64,000 bases of DNA from Stegostoma tigrinum. Lineage: Eukaryota. A program made the translations under genes and the position numbers. The stretch spans positions 44,655,912-44,719,911 of the forward strand of contig NC_081383.1 in NCBI RefSeq assembly GCF_030684315.1, given 5' to 3'. The notes under the pieces were generated by a model. The model saw only the letters and a list, made by a program, of their open reading frames with translations, searched no databases and had not been told where the DNA came from. Shown piece by piece: positions 11,436 to 24,328 of this stretch (its first letter is position 1; each line of letters begins with the position of its first letter).

Positions 11436-12971
11436 ATCGGCGCCGCCTCTTGCTCCCCAGAGGAGCTCGAACAGTTCATCCACTTCACCAACACCTTCCA
11501 CCCCAACCTTCAGTTCACCTGGGCCATCTCCAGCACATCCCTCACCTTCCCGGACCTCTCAGTCTCCATCTCAGGCAACCAGCTTGTAACTGATGTCCAT
11601 TTCAAGCCCACCGACTCCCACAGCTACCTAGAATACACCTCCTCCCACCCACCCTCCTGCAAAAATTCCATCCCCTATTCCCAATTCCTCCGCCTCCGCC
11701 GCATCTGCTCCCACGATAAGACATTCCACTCCCGCACATCCCAGATGTCCAAGTTCTTTAAGGACCGCAACTTTCCCCCCACGGTGATTGAGAACGCCCT
11801 TGACCGCGTCTCCCGCATCTCCCGCGACACATCCCTCACACCCCGCCCCCGCCACAACCGCCCCAAGAGGATCCCCCTCGTTCTCACACACCACCCTACC
11901 AACCTCCGGATACAACGCATTATCCTCCGACACTTCCGCCATTTACAATCCGACCCCACCACCCAAGACATTTTTCCATCCCCTCCCCTGTCTGCTTTCC
12001 GGAGAGACCACTCTCTCCGTGACTCCCTTGTTCGCTCCACACTGCCCTCCAACCCCACCACACCCGGCACCTTCCCCTGCAACCGCAGGAAATGCTACAC
12101 TTGTCCCCACACCTCCTCCCTCACCCCCATCCCAGGCCCCAAGATGACATTCCACATTAAGCAGAGGTTCACCTGCACATCTGCCAATGTGGTATACTGC
12201 ATCCACTGTACCCGGTGCGGCTTCCTCTACATTGGGGAAACCAAGCGGAGGCTTGGGGACCGCTTTGCAGAACACCTCCGCTCAGTTCGCAACAAACAAC
12301 TGCACCTCCCAGTCGCAAACCATTTCCACTCCCCCTCCCATTCTCTTGATGACATGTCCATCATGGGCCTCCTGCACTGCCACAATGATGCCACCCGAAG
12401 GTTGCAGGAACAGCAACTCATATTCCGCCTGGGAACCCTGCAGCCATATGGTATCAATGTGGACTTCACCAGTTTCAAAATCTCCCCTTCCCCCACTGCA
12501 TCCCTAAACCAGCCCAGTTCATCCCCTCCCCCCACTGCAGCACACAACCAGCCCAGCTCTTCCCCCCCACCCACTGCATCCCAAAACCAGTCCAACCTGT
12601 CTCTGCCTCCCTAACCGGTTCTTCCTCTCACCCATCCCTTCCTCCCACCCCAAGCCGCACCCCCAGCTACCTACTAACCTCATCCCACCTCCTTGACCTG
12701 TCCGTCTTCCCTGGACTGACCTATCCCCTCCCTACCTCCCCACCTACACCCTCTCCACCTATCTTCTTTACTCTCCATCTTCGGTCCGCCTCCCCCTCTC
12801 TCCCTATTTATTCCAGTTCCCTCCCCCCATCCCCCTCTCTGATGAAGGGTCTAGGCCCGAAACGTCAGCTTTTGTGCTCCTGAGATGCTGCTTGGCCTGC
12901 TGTGTTCATCCAGCCTCACATTTTATTATCTTGGAATCTCCAGCATCTGCAGTTCCCATTATCTCTCTCTC
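11436..12971 (+). mobile_element. Young 5'-truncated Penelope-like element, family B (RT thumb, GIY-YIG, pLTR) with 14-bp TSD
   Basis: ORF 11745-12614 includes CTSANVVYCIHCTRCGFLYIGETKRRLGDRFAEH and reads in frame upstream to the 5' end. TSD tctcctctcaacct at 11422-11435 and 12972-12985. Confidence 0.95.
12839..12868 (+). ncRNA. Minimal hammerhead ribozyme motif in PLE pLTR
   Basis: CTGATGA-agggtctaggccc-GAAA-CGTC with intact core; stem I is very short. Confidence 0.65.
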
Positions 12972-13704
12972 TCTCCTCTCAACCTTGTCTTCTCCAAGGA
13001 ATACAGAGCCAGCTTCTCCAATCTATCCTCATGCCTGAAATTTCTCATCCCTGTGACTGTTCTTATCTGCACTCTCTCCAATACTTCCACATCCTTACTT
13101 ATATTCACTGCTTTGAACTCAGCAGAATACACTATTGAATCCCAACTAGTATGTTATACAGGCTAACCATCAGCTTCTCGGTGCTCCTATTAACAAAGCC
13201 TGGAATACTGGGATATTGACTTCTCTCACACTCTGTCCTGACACCTTTAAAGTCCCAGGCATAGATACACCCAGCTCCTGCACTCACTTCAGATTTGTGT
13301 TGTTTACTTTATACCACCTCCCTTTTGCTTTCTACTAAATATTTGTGACACACCCTTCAAGATGGCCAAATGCTTCACAACCAATAAATATATTGGAAGT
13401 TGTAGAGGGGTAAAGTACAGAAACAAGCCCTTCAGTCCACCATGTCCATGCCAAACCACAAACATCAAACTACACTAACCGCATTTACCTGCACTTGGTC
13501 CTCAGACTGTTATGCCCTGGCATTTTAAGGGTCCAGGCAGATGATTCTGAAATTTTGCAAAAGCCTCTGCCTCCATCACCCTCTCAGGCAGCAGGTCCGA
13601 TGTTCCTATCACCGTCTATGTGAAAAACATTTTTCTTCAGCTCCTCTCTAAACCACTTAGTCCTCACCTTAAACACATGTCCTCTGGTCTCAGACACTTC
13701 TGCC

Positions 13705-14056
13705 ATAGAATTATTGAATCCCTACAGTGCAGAGAGAGGACACTGAGACACAGACCCTCCGAACCACTCAGCAGCATTCCACTCAGATCCATCCCCCCCA
13801 CCCTACCCCCATAACCCCACATTTCCCATGGCTAGTCCACCTCATCTGTACATCCCTGAGCACTACAGGCAATTTAGCATGGCCAATCCACCTAGCCTGC
13901 ACATCTTTGGACTGTGGGAGGAAACTGGAGTACCCAGAGGAAACCCACGCAGACACGGGGAGAATGTGCAAACTCCACTCAGACAGTCACCTGAGGGTGG
14001 AATTGAACCCAGGTCCCTGGTGCTGTGAGGCAGCAGTGCTCAACACTGAGCCACCT
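13705..14056 (-). mobile_element. HE1-type SINE inserted in a CR1 fragment
   Basis: Homologous to 3708-4018. Confidence 0.88.
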
Positions 14057-15029
14057 TGGTGAAAAAATTTTCATGATCTAACCTATAATGCCTCTCGTAA
14101 TTCTGTATTCCTCAATCAAGCCCCATCCCCCACCCTCAGCCTCCTCTGCTCCAGAGAAAACGAACCCAGCCCATCCAGTCGCTCCCCATAACTGAGAGTT
14201 TCCGTCCCAGGCAACTATGTTCTGATAGTGTAGCAACCTGAGCTGCACACTGTATTTTATCTGTGGCCTAACCAATGTTTTATAAACTTACCACAAGACT
14301 TCCCTGCTCCTAAATTTATGCCCTGACTAATGAAGTTACAGTACCCCTTTTAGTACAGATTATCCATTCTCTTCTACCCTCAGATCTCATGATCAATAAT
14401 TCAGCTTTTCTTCTGTCCTGACCTGCCATCCATTATCCTCTCATTTACTTAACCCCTCATACTTCTCTCTCTCTGGGTCCATCGATCTTCTCACCCACCC
14501 CTGGCCACTACACCCCCACCCACCAGCTGTTCCTCGCTGCTTTCAGTTCTGATGAAGAGTCACCGGACTCAAAGCATTGACTCTGCTAACAGGCCTGCTG
14601 AGTTTCACCAGCAATTTCTCTTCGTTTCAAGCATCCTGTATGCCTTCTTCCCCATCCAGCCTACCTGCACTGACATCTTCAGGGATCTGTGTACTTGTGT
14701 ATCAAAGTCTCTTTGTTCCTCAGTACTCCTAGGGACCTACCATTCACTGCGCGTATCCTTCCTTCATTAGTCCTCTCAAAATGCATCACCTTGATTGATC
14801 AGGATTATAAACCATCTGCCATTGCTCTGATCAATTTACCAGCTGATCAATATCAAATTATGGCCTTGGCACCATCCTCCTCACTATCAACCACACCACC
14901 AATTTTTATGTCATTTTCAAAATTATTACGTAAGGCTTCTAATTTCAAATCCAAGTTGTTATTGTCCCAACAAGAGTTCTGGCACCGATCCCTGTGGTGC
15001 ACCTCTGATCACAGGCTAAACTGTTTGGT

Positions 15030-15213
15030 AACAAGGTGTGGAGCTAGATGAGCCCAGCAGGACACGCAGCATCTTAGGAGCAGGAAAGCTGACGTTTTGG
15101 GCCTAGACCCTTCATCAGCATTCCTACTCCTAAGATGCTGCTTGGCCTGCTGAGTTCATCCAGCTCCACACCTTGTTATCTAGGATTCTCCGCCATCTGC
15201 AGTTCCTACTATC
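15030..15213. mobile_element. Inverted pair of PLE family B pLTR fragments with 15-bp TSD
   Basis: TSD gctaaactgtttggt at 15015-15029 and 15214-15228; arms are reverse complements. Confidence 0.88.
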
Positions 15214-15529
15214 GCTAAACTGTTTGGTGTTGTCTGTCCTGCATAGGCCCATCTCCAACTTCCCTTTCATTTTCAAAGTCCTCAAAGTCATTGTCTGCCA
15301 AGCCTGGGCCTGTCATTCACACAATCCTGGAATGGAAATCCCACCAGTCAGATCCCCACCCCATCACAGAAACACCCCTTGGCGCACTACCTAAAGTTCT
15401 ATGTGTGTATGACAGCATTATATTATCACCTTTAGTCCGTTACAGACTGAAAAACTGCATCCTTCTCCTCCCATGTCTTTTTTTTATTGTATTACATTTT
15501 ATTGTTGTGTATTGGCATATGTTGTTAAA

Positions 15530-16010
15530 ACCACAAGGCCACAAGAAATAGGAAGAGGAGTAGGCCATTCAGCCACTCGATGTTTCCCTACTCAATAAGA
15601 TCATGGCAGGTGACATTCCTCACACCCACTTTCCCCCATCCCTTGATTCCCCAACTGATTGAGAATCTATCTTGGCCTTAAATACACACGAGGACTTTGT
15701 CCCTACAACTGTCTGTGGCAAGGAATTCCAAAGACTCACAGCTCTCTGAGAGAAGAAATTTATCCCCATCTCAGTCTTAAATTGGGCCCCTTTATTCTGA
15801 GACTAAACCTTCTGGTCCTAGACATTCCCCTGAAACACCCTCTCAGTATTTACCTTGTCAAGCCTTTTAAGAATCCCATATGTTTCAATGAGATTACCCC
15901 ACGTTCTTCTAAACTCCAGTGAATAGGATCCCAAACTGCTTAGCCTTTGCTTATAAGACAATCCTTCCACACTGGGATCATCCTGGTGAACCTTCTCTGA
16001 ATGGCCTCTT
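15530..16010 (-). mobile_element. CR1 LINE 3' fragment
   Basis: aagaaataggaagaggagtaggccattcagcc... is the reverse of a shark CR1 3' UTR. Confidence 0.78.
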
Positions 16011-16044
16011 GTTGTGTATCAGCAAATGTTGTATATTGGTATAT

Positions 16045-17613
16045 GCTTTTTTTTATTGTTCAATAATGGGATGAAGGCTAGTCCAGCATTTATTGCCCAT
16101 CCCTAATTGGTTGGAAGGCAGTTCAGAGTCAACCACGTTGCTTGGCTCTGGAGTCACATGTAGGCGAGACTGAGTAAGAAAAGTCGTATCCTTCCCTAAA
16201 GTATATTAGTGAACCAGATGGGATTTTCCATGTATTTGGAAAGGCAAGACTGATTAGGGATAGTCAACATGGCTTTGATCATGGAAAACCGTATTTTATT
16301 AAGTTTTTGAAGATGTAATGAAGAGGATTGATGAGGGCACAGCAGTGGATGTTTTTTATGTGGACTTCAGTAAGGTGTCCAACAAGGTTCCTCATGGTAG
16401 ACTGGTTAAACAAGTTTAGATCACATGGATTAGAGGGAAAACTAGCTCTTTGGATACAGAACTGGCTCAAAGATAGAAAACAGAGGGTGGTGGTGGGAGT
16501 TGCTTTTCAGATTGGAAGCCTGTCATCACCGGGGTGCCACAAGGATTGGTGCTGGGTCCATTGTTTTTCACCATTTATGTAAATGATGTAGACGTGAATA
16601 TGGGAGGTACGTTAGTAAGTTTGCAGATGACACCAAGATTGGAGTGTAGTGGATAGCCAAGAAAGTTACCTCAGAGTACAACAGGGCCTTGATCAGATGG
16701 GCCAATGGGGCAAGGAATGGCAGATGGAGGTTAATTTAGATAAATGTGAAGTGCTACATTTTGTAAAGGCAATTCAGGGCAGGACTTAAACAGTTAATGG
16801 GAAGATCCTGGGGGGTGTTGCTGAATGAAGAGAACCTAGGAGTGCAGGTTCTGGGTTGAAAGTGGCATTTCAGGTAGATAAGACAATGAAGCAGGCTTTT
16901 GGTATACTTGCCTTTATTGGTCAATGATTTCACTGTAGGACGTGCAAGGTCCTATTGAGGCTGTGCTGGAAATTAGTTAGGCCCCAATTGAAATACTGCA
17001 TTCAATTCTTGTCTCCCTGCTATAGGAAGCAGGGCTGGAGGGTTTCAACTATAGGGAGAGGCTGAATAAGCTGGGGTTATTTTCCTTAGAGCACTGGAGG
17101 CTGAGGGGTGACCTTCTTAGAGTTTTATATAGGGTAAGTAGCAAAGGTCTTTTCCCTGGGTTGGGGATCTCCAGTACTAAAGGTTTAAGGTGAGAGGGGA
17201 AAGATTTAAAAGGGACCTAAGGGGCAACTTTTTCATGCAGAAGGTGCGTGTATAGAATGAGCTGCCAGAGGAAGTGGTGGAGGCTGGTACAATTACAATA
17301 TTTAAAAGCCATCTGAATGGCTATATGAATAGGAAGGGTTTAGAGACATGTGAAGCAAATGGGACTAGGTTAATTTAGGACATCTGGTTATAATGGACAT
17401 GTTGGATTGAAAGGTCTGTTCCGTGTTGTATAGCTCTATGGCGATAGCAATCAACAATGGATTCTTGGTCATCATTAGACTGTTAATTTCAGACTTTTAT
17501 TGAATTCAAATTCCAATATCTGCCATGGAGGGATTCAAACCCGGGTCCCGGAACATTGCCTGGGTCTCTGGGTTTGCAGTCTAGCAATAATACCACTGGG
17601 CCATCGCCTCCCC
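16045..17613 (-). mobile_element. Deu-domain SINE (SacSINE1-like) split by a CR1 insertion
   Basis: 3' half 16045-16230 (ggagtcacatgtagg...tccttccctaaag) and tRNA head 17445-17613 are the reverse complement of the intact copy at 25417-25760. Confidence 0.75.
16232..17440 (+). mobile_element. CR1/HER1 LINE RT fragment
   Basis: VDVFYVDFSK, GVPQGLVLGP and SKFADDTK RT motifs with frameshifts; 3' tail to ctctatg. Confidence 0.92.
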
Positions 17614-18344
17614 CATGTTGTATATTGTTGTTATATATCAGTATATGCTGTGTATTGGGTTGTTATATGTTACTGAATATTGTTTACACTGTCATATGCT
17701 ATTGTGTCCTGAGCACAGCTCTTGTTGGAAAGCTCAGAAATTACCTGATCACTGATAGTTTCTTGCTCTGCCTCCACTCTGAGGGGAATTCCAATAGAAA
17801 ACAGTTCAAAAGGAGCTTTCCGCCACACTACCTGCAGAGTTATGGAATGAAATGCAAACAGCATTAAGGTGATTCCTAGCTGAGGTCTGGGCTCTGCTGA
17901 TGGATTGTACCAGATCTCAGGGGGTGAACCTGCATCTGTTTCTCTCTAGGGATCACACTGTATGAGAGGTGGGTACTGCATGCATGAATCAACTGGTCTC
18001 CTGGATTAGTTCAAACACCCCAGTTGGGGATCACAAGGATTGAAGAGAAATCTCCAGGGCTTTTCCCAAATTGGATTGTTATAGCCTAGACTCCCTGCAC
18101 TAAGCAGCACTGATGTGGGAGTCGATTGTTACATTTTGAACTGTAGATGGTCACTGTACAGAGGCTCATCAGACCTGCAGCAGATCTTTGCAAAAAGAAC
18201 TCAGCCAGTCCCACTTCCCTTTCCTTCCCCTGCCAAGGCATGCTAGGTTCTTATCTTGGTGTACTTATCCAACTGTCTTTTGAAAGCTGTTTGAATCTGC
18301 CTGTACCACACTTTCAGGCAGCACACTCCAGTAGCTATTACTTG

Positions 18345-18573
18345 GATCCACAGGAGAACGTGTGTGGGCTTCCACCGGGTGCTCTGGTTTCCTCCCACAG
18401 TCCAAAAACAGGTGGATCGGCCACGCTGAATTACCCAGACTGCTCAGGAATGTGTGAGTTAGGAGCCATGGGAAATGCAGGGTTACGGGGTGGGTCTGGA
18501 TGGTGTGCTCTTTGGAGGGCTGGTATGGATTAGTTGGGCTGAATGGCCTGTTTCTACACTGTAGGGGTTCTAT
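18345..18573 (+). mobile_element. 5'-truncated HE1-type SINE
   Basis: ggtttcctcccacagtccaaa...ggcctgtttctacactgtaggggttctattcta. Confidence 0.8.
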
Positions 18574-19048
18574 TCTAAACATTTACCTCATCACCTTTGT
18601 TTCTTCAGCCAATCACTTGATATTTGTATTGCCTCGTTTAATATCCTTCCCCAAATGGGAAGGATGTCACTTTACCAAATCAAGTGCACCCCTCCCAAGA
18701 TGAATTTGATCATCTCTGTTAAAACTCTCAAGCTTCTTTTCTCAAAGAGAAACAATTCTAGCTCCTCTAATCTATCTATGTAACTGAGCCTCCTCACCCT
18801 GGAACTATACTCAATTTTTTTCTACCCGCTCACCAGTCCTTTGCTGCCTGTCTAACATTCGATGATCAGAAATGTCTAATGCAGCATTTTCCACAGGTAC
18901 ATTATTAATTGCTTGCTTTTGTAGTCGACACCTGTATTTATAAAACTCGGGTTCCCATGCACTTTTATAATGCTTGCAAACTGTCTTATCAACCTTTAAC
19001 AACTTATATATCCACTCTCTGCCATAACCCAGGATCTCTGTACCTTCA

Positions 19049-19182
19049 TAACAAAGTGTGAGGCTGGATGAACACAGCAAGCCAAGCAGCCTCTTGTGCT
19101 CCTCTGATGCTGCTTGGCCTGCTGTGTTCATCCAGCTTCACACGTTGTTATCTTGGATTCTTCAGCAGTTCCCGTTATCTCT
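19049..19182. mobile_element. Inverted pLTR pair (PLE family B) with 16-bp TSD
   Basis: TSD gatctctgtaccttca at 19033-19048 and 19183-19198. Confidence 0.88.
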
Positions 19183-19884
19183 GATCTCTGTACCTTCACT
19201 CCCTTTAGAATCCACTCATTTTAGAATTCTCTCCTTTAGTACATATCATATTTTATTGCGTCTGTCAGGACTTTACACTATTTGCTTGGGAGTCTGTATT
19301 TCACAACGTGCAAGATATCATTGCTGGCTGGGACTGGGGCATGAGCCAGAGATAGGATTATTTTCATATTGCTAAACATTGTGCCATACACTTTGACTAT
19401 ACAATACAATCCAATCCGATTCAATACAACCTACCAAAGCTGTTCCAATTCTAATCCTTATTATACCATAATAAGAGTTGTGTGCATACAGGTTTGACCA
19501 CTAAGTTATAAAAACAATATTGAGGCGATGTACAGGGTATGGAGCAGATTTACAAGGATGATCCCAGAAATTTATTGAGAAAGATTGACAGGAAGTGTCT
19601 CTATTCTGTTTTTAAACAAAGGCTGGAAGGTTTAGATAGAATGACTATAATGTTTGATTACCGATGGGCATATCAAATCTTTAAATTCTAGTGTATAATT
19701 TATAAAAGAGGATTGATTCAGTTAAAATGACAATAGAAGTAAATCCAATGATATCCAGAGAGAAGTTCTAGAATGTCACACCTGCAGGAGTCAAAAGAAC
19801 TTCAAAGGGAGAAATACACTCCAAACAGTGCTGCAATCGGCTGCATTTCACACTGGGCACATGATGGTAAAAAGAAGACAGAAA

Positions 19885-20095
19885 CCGAAAGAACTGCAGA
19901 TACTGTAAATGAGAAACAAAAACAGAAATTACTGGAAAAGCTCAGTAGGTCTGGCAGCATCTGTGAAGAGAAATCAGAGTTGACGTTTCTGGGGAAGTTC
20001 TGATAAGGGTCATTCAAACTGAAACATTAATTCTAATTTCTCTCCACTGATGCTACCAGACCTACTGAGCTTTTCCAGTAATTTTTACTTTTGGC
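19885..20095. mobile_element. Palindromic PLE-pLTR-derived element (family C)
   Basis: ttactggaaaagctcagtaggtctggcagcatc ... gatgctaccagacctactgagcttttccagtaa inverted arms around a degenerate ctgataagggtc..gaaac motif. Confidence 0.8.
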
Positions 20096-21053
20096 TAAAA
20101 AGGACGGTTGTCTTGGCTAGAGACATATTTACATTTCCCTTTTTGTAAAAATGAGCTTCTACACTGGCCTGTGTTGCAAGCGGCCTGACTAGTGTGTGGG
20201 ATAACTGTGGTGTGAAGGTCACAGCTTTGAGAACAGTCATTCAACACCCCTGCACTGCAAAACAAAGAAAGACTAAAACTACTCTCCTGCTCTGAGTGCT
20301 AGAAGACAACTAGGCAACAAGACACTCAAAATGAAAAAGGACAAAAGAATTTAAGCTAACTACAGGCCAAGTATCCCAAAATCATCTGTACAATCATCAA
20401 TGTCGGCCTTTAACAAATGACTCAGAATGTTTAATCTTTAACTTTTATTTGCCTCATTTTCCTTTCTAATCAGTGTGTTTGTACATTGCTTCATTCTTTC
20501 TTTGCTCACTTAGCAAGTAATAAAGTAGCTCTTTAGTTAATTGAAGAGAGCCTGGTCAATTTTTCAAAACATAAAGTAATTTTGACTGGGAGAAAGATAT
20601 CCACAAGGAACGGGGATCCTTTCTAAATTAAACCTGTGACTAACTGGTGATGTATGCCATAAGGGAGGGCAGTTGATAAAGCACACACTTTCCTAGGCTT
20701 TATTATCAGGGGTAATGAGTGTGAACAAAGAAGTGGAGAGTGTTTCATCCTTCTCACTAGGAGCTGGACAGTTTGGGATCTCCCTCTGCAGGCATGATAA
20801 CTTAGGGAAATCTTGCATGTGATCAGATTGGGTGGTTATCAGGATTTGAACCCACAGAAGGAGTTACATTGTCACTTTGAAACTATTTCTTAAAAACACT
20901 GCAAAACATCTTTCTTGAGTTGGCACTGCCACAGGATAGAAATGTGTTCTTAGCAAAATTACTTTTGAGGACTTAAAAGTTTTAACTGAAATGGTTAAAT
21001 AGCTTACATGCAAAACCAGTTAACAGCAATGTAAACCAACAAAGGTGAGGAAA

Positions 21054-21181
21054 GAGATAGTAGGAACTGCTGATGCTGGAGAATCTGAGACAGCAAGGTG
21101 TAGAGCTGAATGAACACAGCAGGCTAAGCAGCATCAGAGGAGCAGGAAGGCTTGATGTTTCAGGTTGGGACCCTTCTTCAG
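21054..21181 (-). mobile_element. PLE family B pLTR fragment
   Basis: gagatagtaggaactgc...cccttcttcag, flanked by the imperfect direct repeat aaaggtgag. Confidence 0.8.
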
Positions 21182-21578
21182 AAAAGGTGAGAAATGGGTA
21201 GGGAGAGGCAGGGATGGCATGGGGATTTGGTCATGCTCTGCTGAAACAGCCACAGTTGCCAGATGGTGGGAAAACCCCAGTAAGATCTGAACAACTTAAA
21301 AACTCAAGAAGTATGAAGGTGAAGGGAGACAGAGGACTACAATGACAGATTTATATGAGGAATGACGGGATGGGGTTCGAGTGGAGCATAAGCATAAGGT
21401 GGTTGGGACAAATGGCCTGCCTGTCCTGAATTATAATATATTATAATAACTCGGTTAATTTTTGTATTAAAAAGAGGAAATGTGATTGTCACACGCATGT
21501 ACTAAGAGTTCATTCATTGGCAGAGAAGAGCCTTTATGGATAAAGCCTCAATCAGCCAGGGAGTGTAAACTGAGTTAA

Positions 21579-21697
21579 CTTGTAGATGCGCAGAGTAGAG
21601 GTAAGAGAGGTCAGCATTTTCCCGGCTATGTTCTCTTTTATTTCTGGAATCTCCTGTGAACATACTGGAATCTCTTTCCAATTGAAGGCAAAATTGC
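21579..21697 (-). CDS. ADAM10: ADAM10-like, exon 3 (prodomain); 5' splice site reads TT rather than GT
   Basis: tttctattccag|GCAATTT...; 119 nt. QFCLQLERDSSMFTGDSRNKREHSRENADLSYLYSAHLQ versus ADAM10 HFNLRMKRDTSLFS...YDTSHIYTGHIY. Followed by ttaact where gtaact is required. Confidence 0.82.
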
Positions 21698-22237
21698 CTG
21701 GAATAGAAATAAAAGACTTGCTCGCTGTCACATGGTGACTCTCTGTCAATGATCTTCGCTGTTAGGTACAAGTCTGACAGATTAGTGGAATGACTGAGGA
21801 CTCTGTTGGGTATCAGTTGAGATGTTTAATCAGAGCTCAGTTCCTTTGAACTATCTCAATGCACCTGCATTGCACAACAGGCAAATGGTCACCTCAAAGC
21901 CCAGCGACTGAGGGTCACAGAACACATGAAATACGAGCAGAAATTGAGAATTCTGCCCCTTGGGCCTGCTGCACTCTCCAATGTGATCATGGTTGATTTG
22001 TTTGTGTTTCAAATTCCACATTCCCACCTACTCCCCATAACCTTTAATTCTCCCTCTTAACAAGAATCTATCCACTCTTTCTTGAAATCATTAACTATTG
22101 CCCTGTATATCGCAGCATTACTTTTAACTAATCCTCCTCAATACAACAGGTTTTAAGCCTCAGTGCTGCTCCCTGTTCTGACCCAATGTCCAGAGCTGAA
22201 GGCATGACTCTGGTGGGGGGGGGAGGTCAGGTAAATC

Positions 22238-22522
22238 ATAGAATCGCTACAGTGTGGAAACAGGCCCTTCAGCCCAACAAGCCCACACTGTACCTCAGAG
22301 TATCCCACATAATCCACACATCCCTGAACGCTACAGGCTATTTAGCGTGGCCAATCCACCAAGCCTGCACATTGCTGGACTTTTGTGGGAAGAAATCAGA
22401 AACCCACGCAGACACAGGGAGAACATGCAAACTCCAAACAGACAGTTATCCAAGGCTGGAGACGAACCCAGGCCCCTGGCGCTGTGAGGCAGCAGTGCTA
22501 ACCACTGAGCCACCGTGCCACC
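22238..22522 (-). mobile_element. HE1-type SINE
   Basis: Homologous to 3708-4018. Confidence 0.88.
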
Positions 22523-22719
22523 GCAAAAGGTCACAGGAAAAACTGTGTGCTCAGTCTAAAAGGTAGAAGTGGTCATTATTCCCATGTTCTGTCCTGCTGG
22601 ATATAGAAAGACAGGTCTCAGAATGAGGTCGAACTGAATCAAGCTGAAAGAATGATAAAGGTTGGGTTAGCAGACGAAGGTTCCTTCTACAAAAAAAACC
22701 TGACACAATGTCACTGGAA

Positions 22720-22872
22720 GAGCAGGAAAGTTTGGCGTTTCAGGTCGAGAACCTTCTGAAGAAGGGTCAAACTTTCCTGCTCCTCTGATGCTGCTTGGCC
22801 TGCTGTGTTCATCCAGCTTCACACTGTGTCATCTCAGATTCTCCAGCATTGGCAGTTCCTACTATCCCTGTA
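22720..22872. mobile_element. PLE pLTR with short inverted arm and 15-bp TSD
   Basis: TSD acaatgtcactggaa at 22705-22719 and 22873-22887. Confidence 0.85.
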
Positions 22873-23288
22873 ACAATGTCACTGGAATTGGGTCATAAAG
22901 CTAATTATAGCAATCCTGCTTGGAATTCCAGTCACTGTCGGGCATTCTAATGTTCCTCGATGTGTAACATTCCATGTGACAACAGTCAGGCCGTTTCAGA
23001 GGAACCATCCCTCATCTTTCTCCTTCAGCCTGACCCTGATGCCACTTGGAGAAGTGGCATTGCAAAAGGTTTGAGTCACGCTCTGGGCTCGGAGGTTTTT
23101 CCCAATATATCTGAGTAAACGGCACTATATCACCGCTCAGCTCTCACCTTCCTTTCAGCCAGATTGAAACTAATGACCCTGCTGCCTTCCTTAAAAATCC
23201 ACTCCCCCCCGCCGCTTCACTTGAGTCATATTTCTACTTTCTGGTCAAGGGGAAAGGAACTCAAAAATGCTCCATAGATCTGGAGGTT

Positions 23289-23931
23289 TGTGACCTCAGT
23301 CTGTCCAGACCACACAGCCATACACCCACATATCCAGTGCTAAGGCCCAGACCAAACTCCCTCAATATATGTCAAGGGTATGGACTAAATACTAACTCTT
23401 TATTTTATTTAAAGGCAAGTGTGAGGCACTGTGTTCCAGATGTGATTCAATTGGTCCACTACTGGACTTAAAACAAAACACACTTTATTTTCACATCACA
23501 ATTAAAAACAAAGTGTAACTTTAACTCTATTGAAATACTTAATTAAATGACGAATTATTTCACTTCTAATCATCAACTGTTCCAAAATAGCAATATCCCA
23601 TAAACACATCCTTGGCAAAGGCAAATTCAGCAAAAGCAGATTTCCCTCACATGCTAATTCCCTTCTAGTCCAGGAGAAAGGAACACAGACGGAAACAATC
23701 CACCAGCAGGGAGAGCACTCAAGCTTTTTGCTGCAGCAGAGAGAGAGCTGTATCTATCAGCTTCAACAGCCAGCCCCAAACACCAACCGAAATCAAAACT
23801 AAACCCTGGGTCTGTGTAAGACTGACTCCACCCACCCATGCTTCTTTTCCCCAGTTTAAGAACAACAGTCAGGGAGCTCAAAGCCGTTTACCTGCTGCTT
23901 CTGAAGCAGACAATCTGGTACCACTGTGACA
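23289..23931 (-). mobile_element. Putative solo LTR
   Basis: TGT...ACA termini (tgtgac...gtgaca), AATAAA signals on the minus strand, LTR-like composition; no TSD seen. Confidence 0.45.
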
Positions 23932-24029
23932 ACAGCTGTCTGGAGGGAAAACAAGACAGAACAAATCTCTTAACAGCGCAGTGCCATTGTTTCAGATTCC
24001 CCATACCCTCTTTGCCTTTCATGCAGGCA

Positions 24030-24328
24030 GAAGCCATTTGGCACATTGAGTCTTCTCTGACCCTCCAAGGAGCATCCCACCCAGGACAAATTGTACCCCC
24101 ATCCCTATAACTGCACATTTCCCATGGCTAACCCACCTAGCCTGTACATCCCTGGACAATTTAGCATGATCATGCACCTAACCTGGACTGTAGGAGGAAA
24201 CCAGAGCACCCAGAGGAAACCCACGCAGACACAGGGAGAATGTGCAAACTCCACACAGATGGTCGCCGGGAGTGGAATTGAACCTGGGCGCCTGGTGTTG
24301 TGAGGCAGCAGTGCTAACCACTGAGTAA
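24030..24328 (-). mobile_element. HE1-type SINE
   Basis: gaggcagcagtgctaaccactgag head; homologous body. Confidence 0.85.

Larger units (their letters stand above)
11285..13370 (-). mobile_element. Old CR1 fragment (minus) interrupted by the young PLE at 11436-12971
   Basis: ...aaatctcctctcaacct resumes after the PLE as tctcctctcaaccttgtcttctccaagg. Confidence 0.7.

Noticed and set aside
20100-21040. Possible LTR/gag remnant (similar impression at 61340-62040)
   Set aside because: No definable termini, TSD or protein motif by eye.
21552-21749. Alternative frame GNFAFNWKEIPV...TLPG* as the last exon of a small secreted protein
   Set aside because: The overlapping frame matches the ADAM10 prodomain and fits exon 2's phase.
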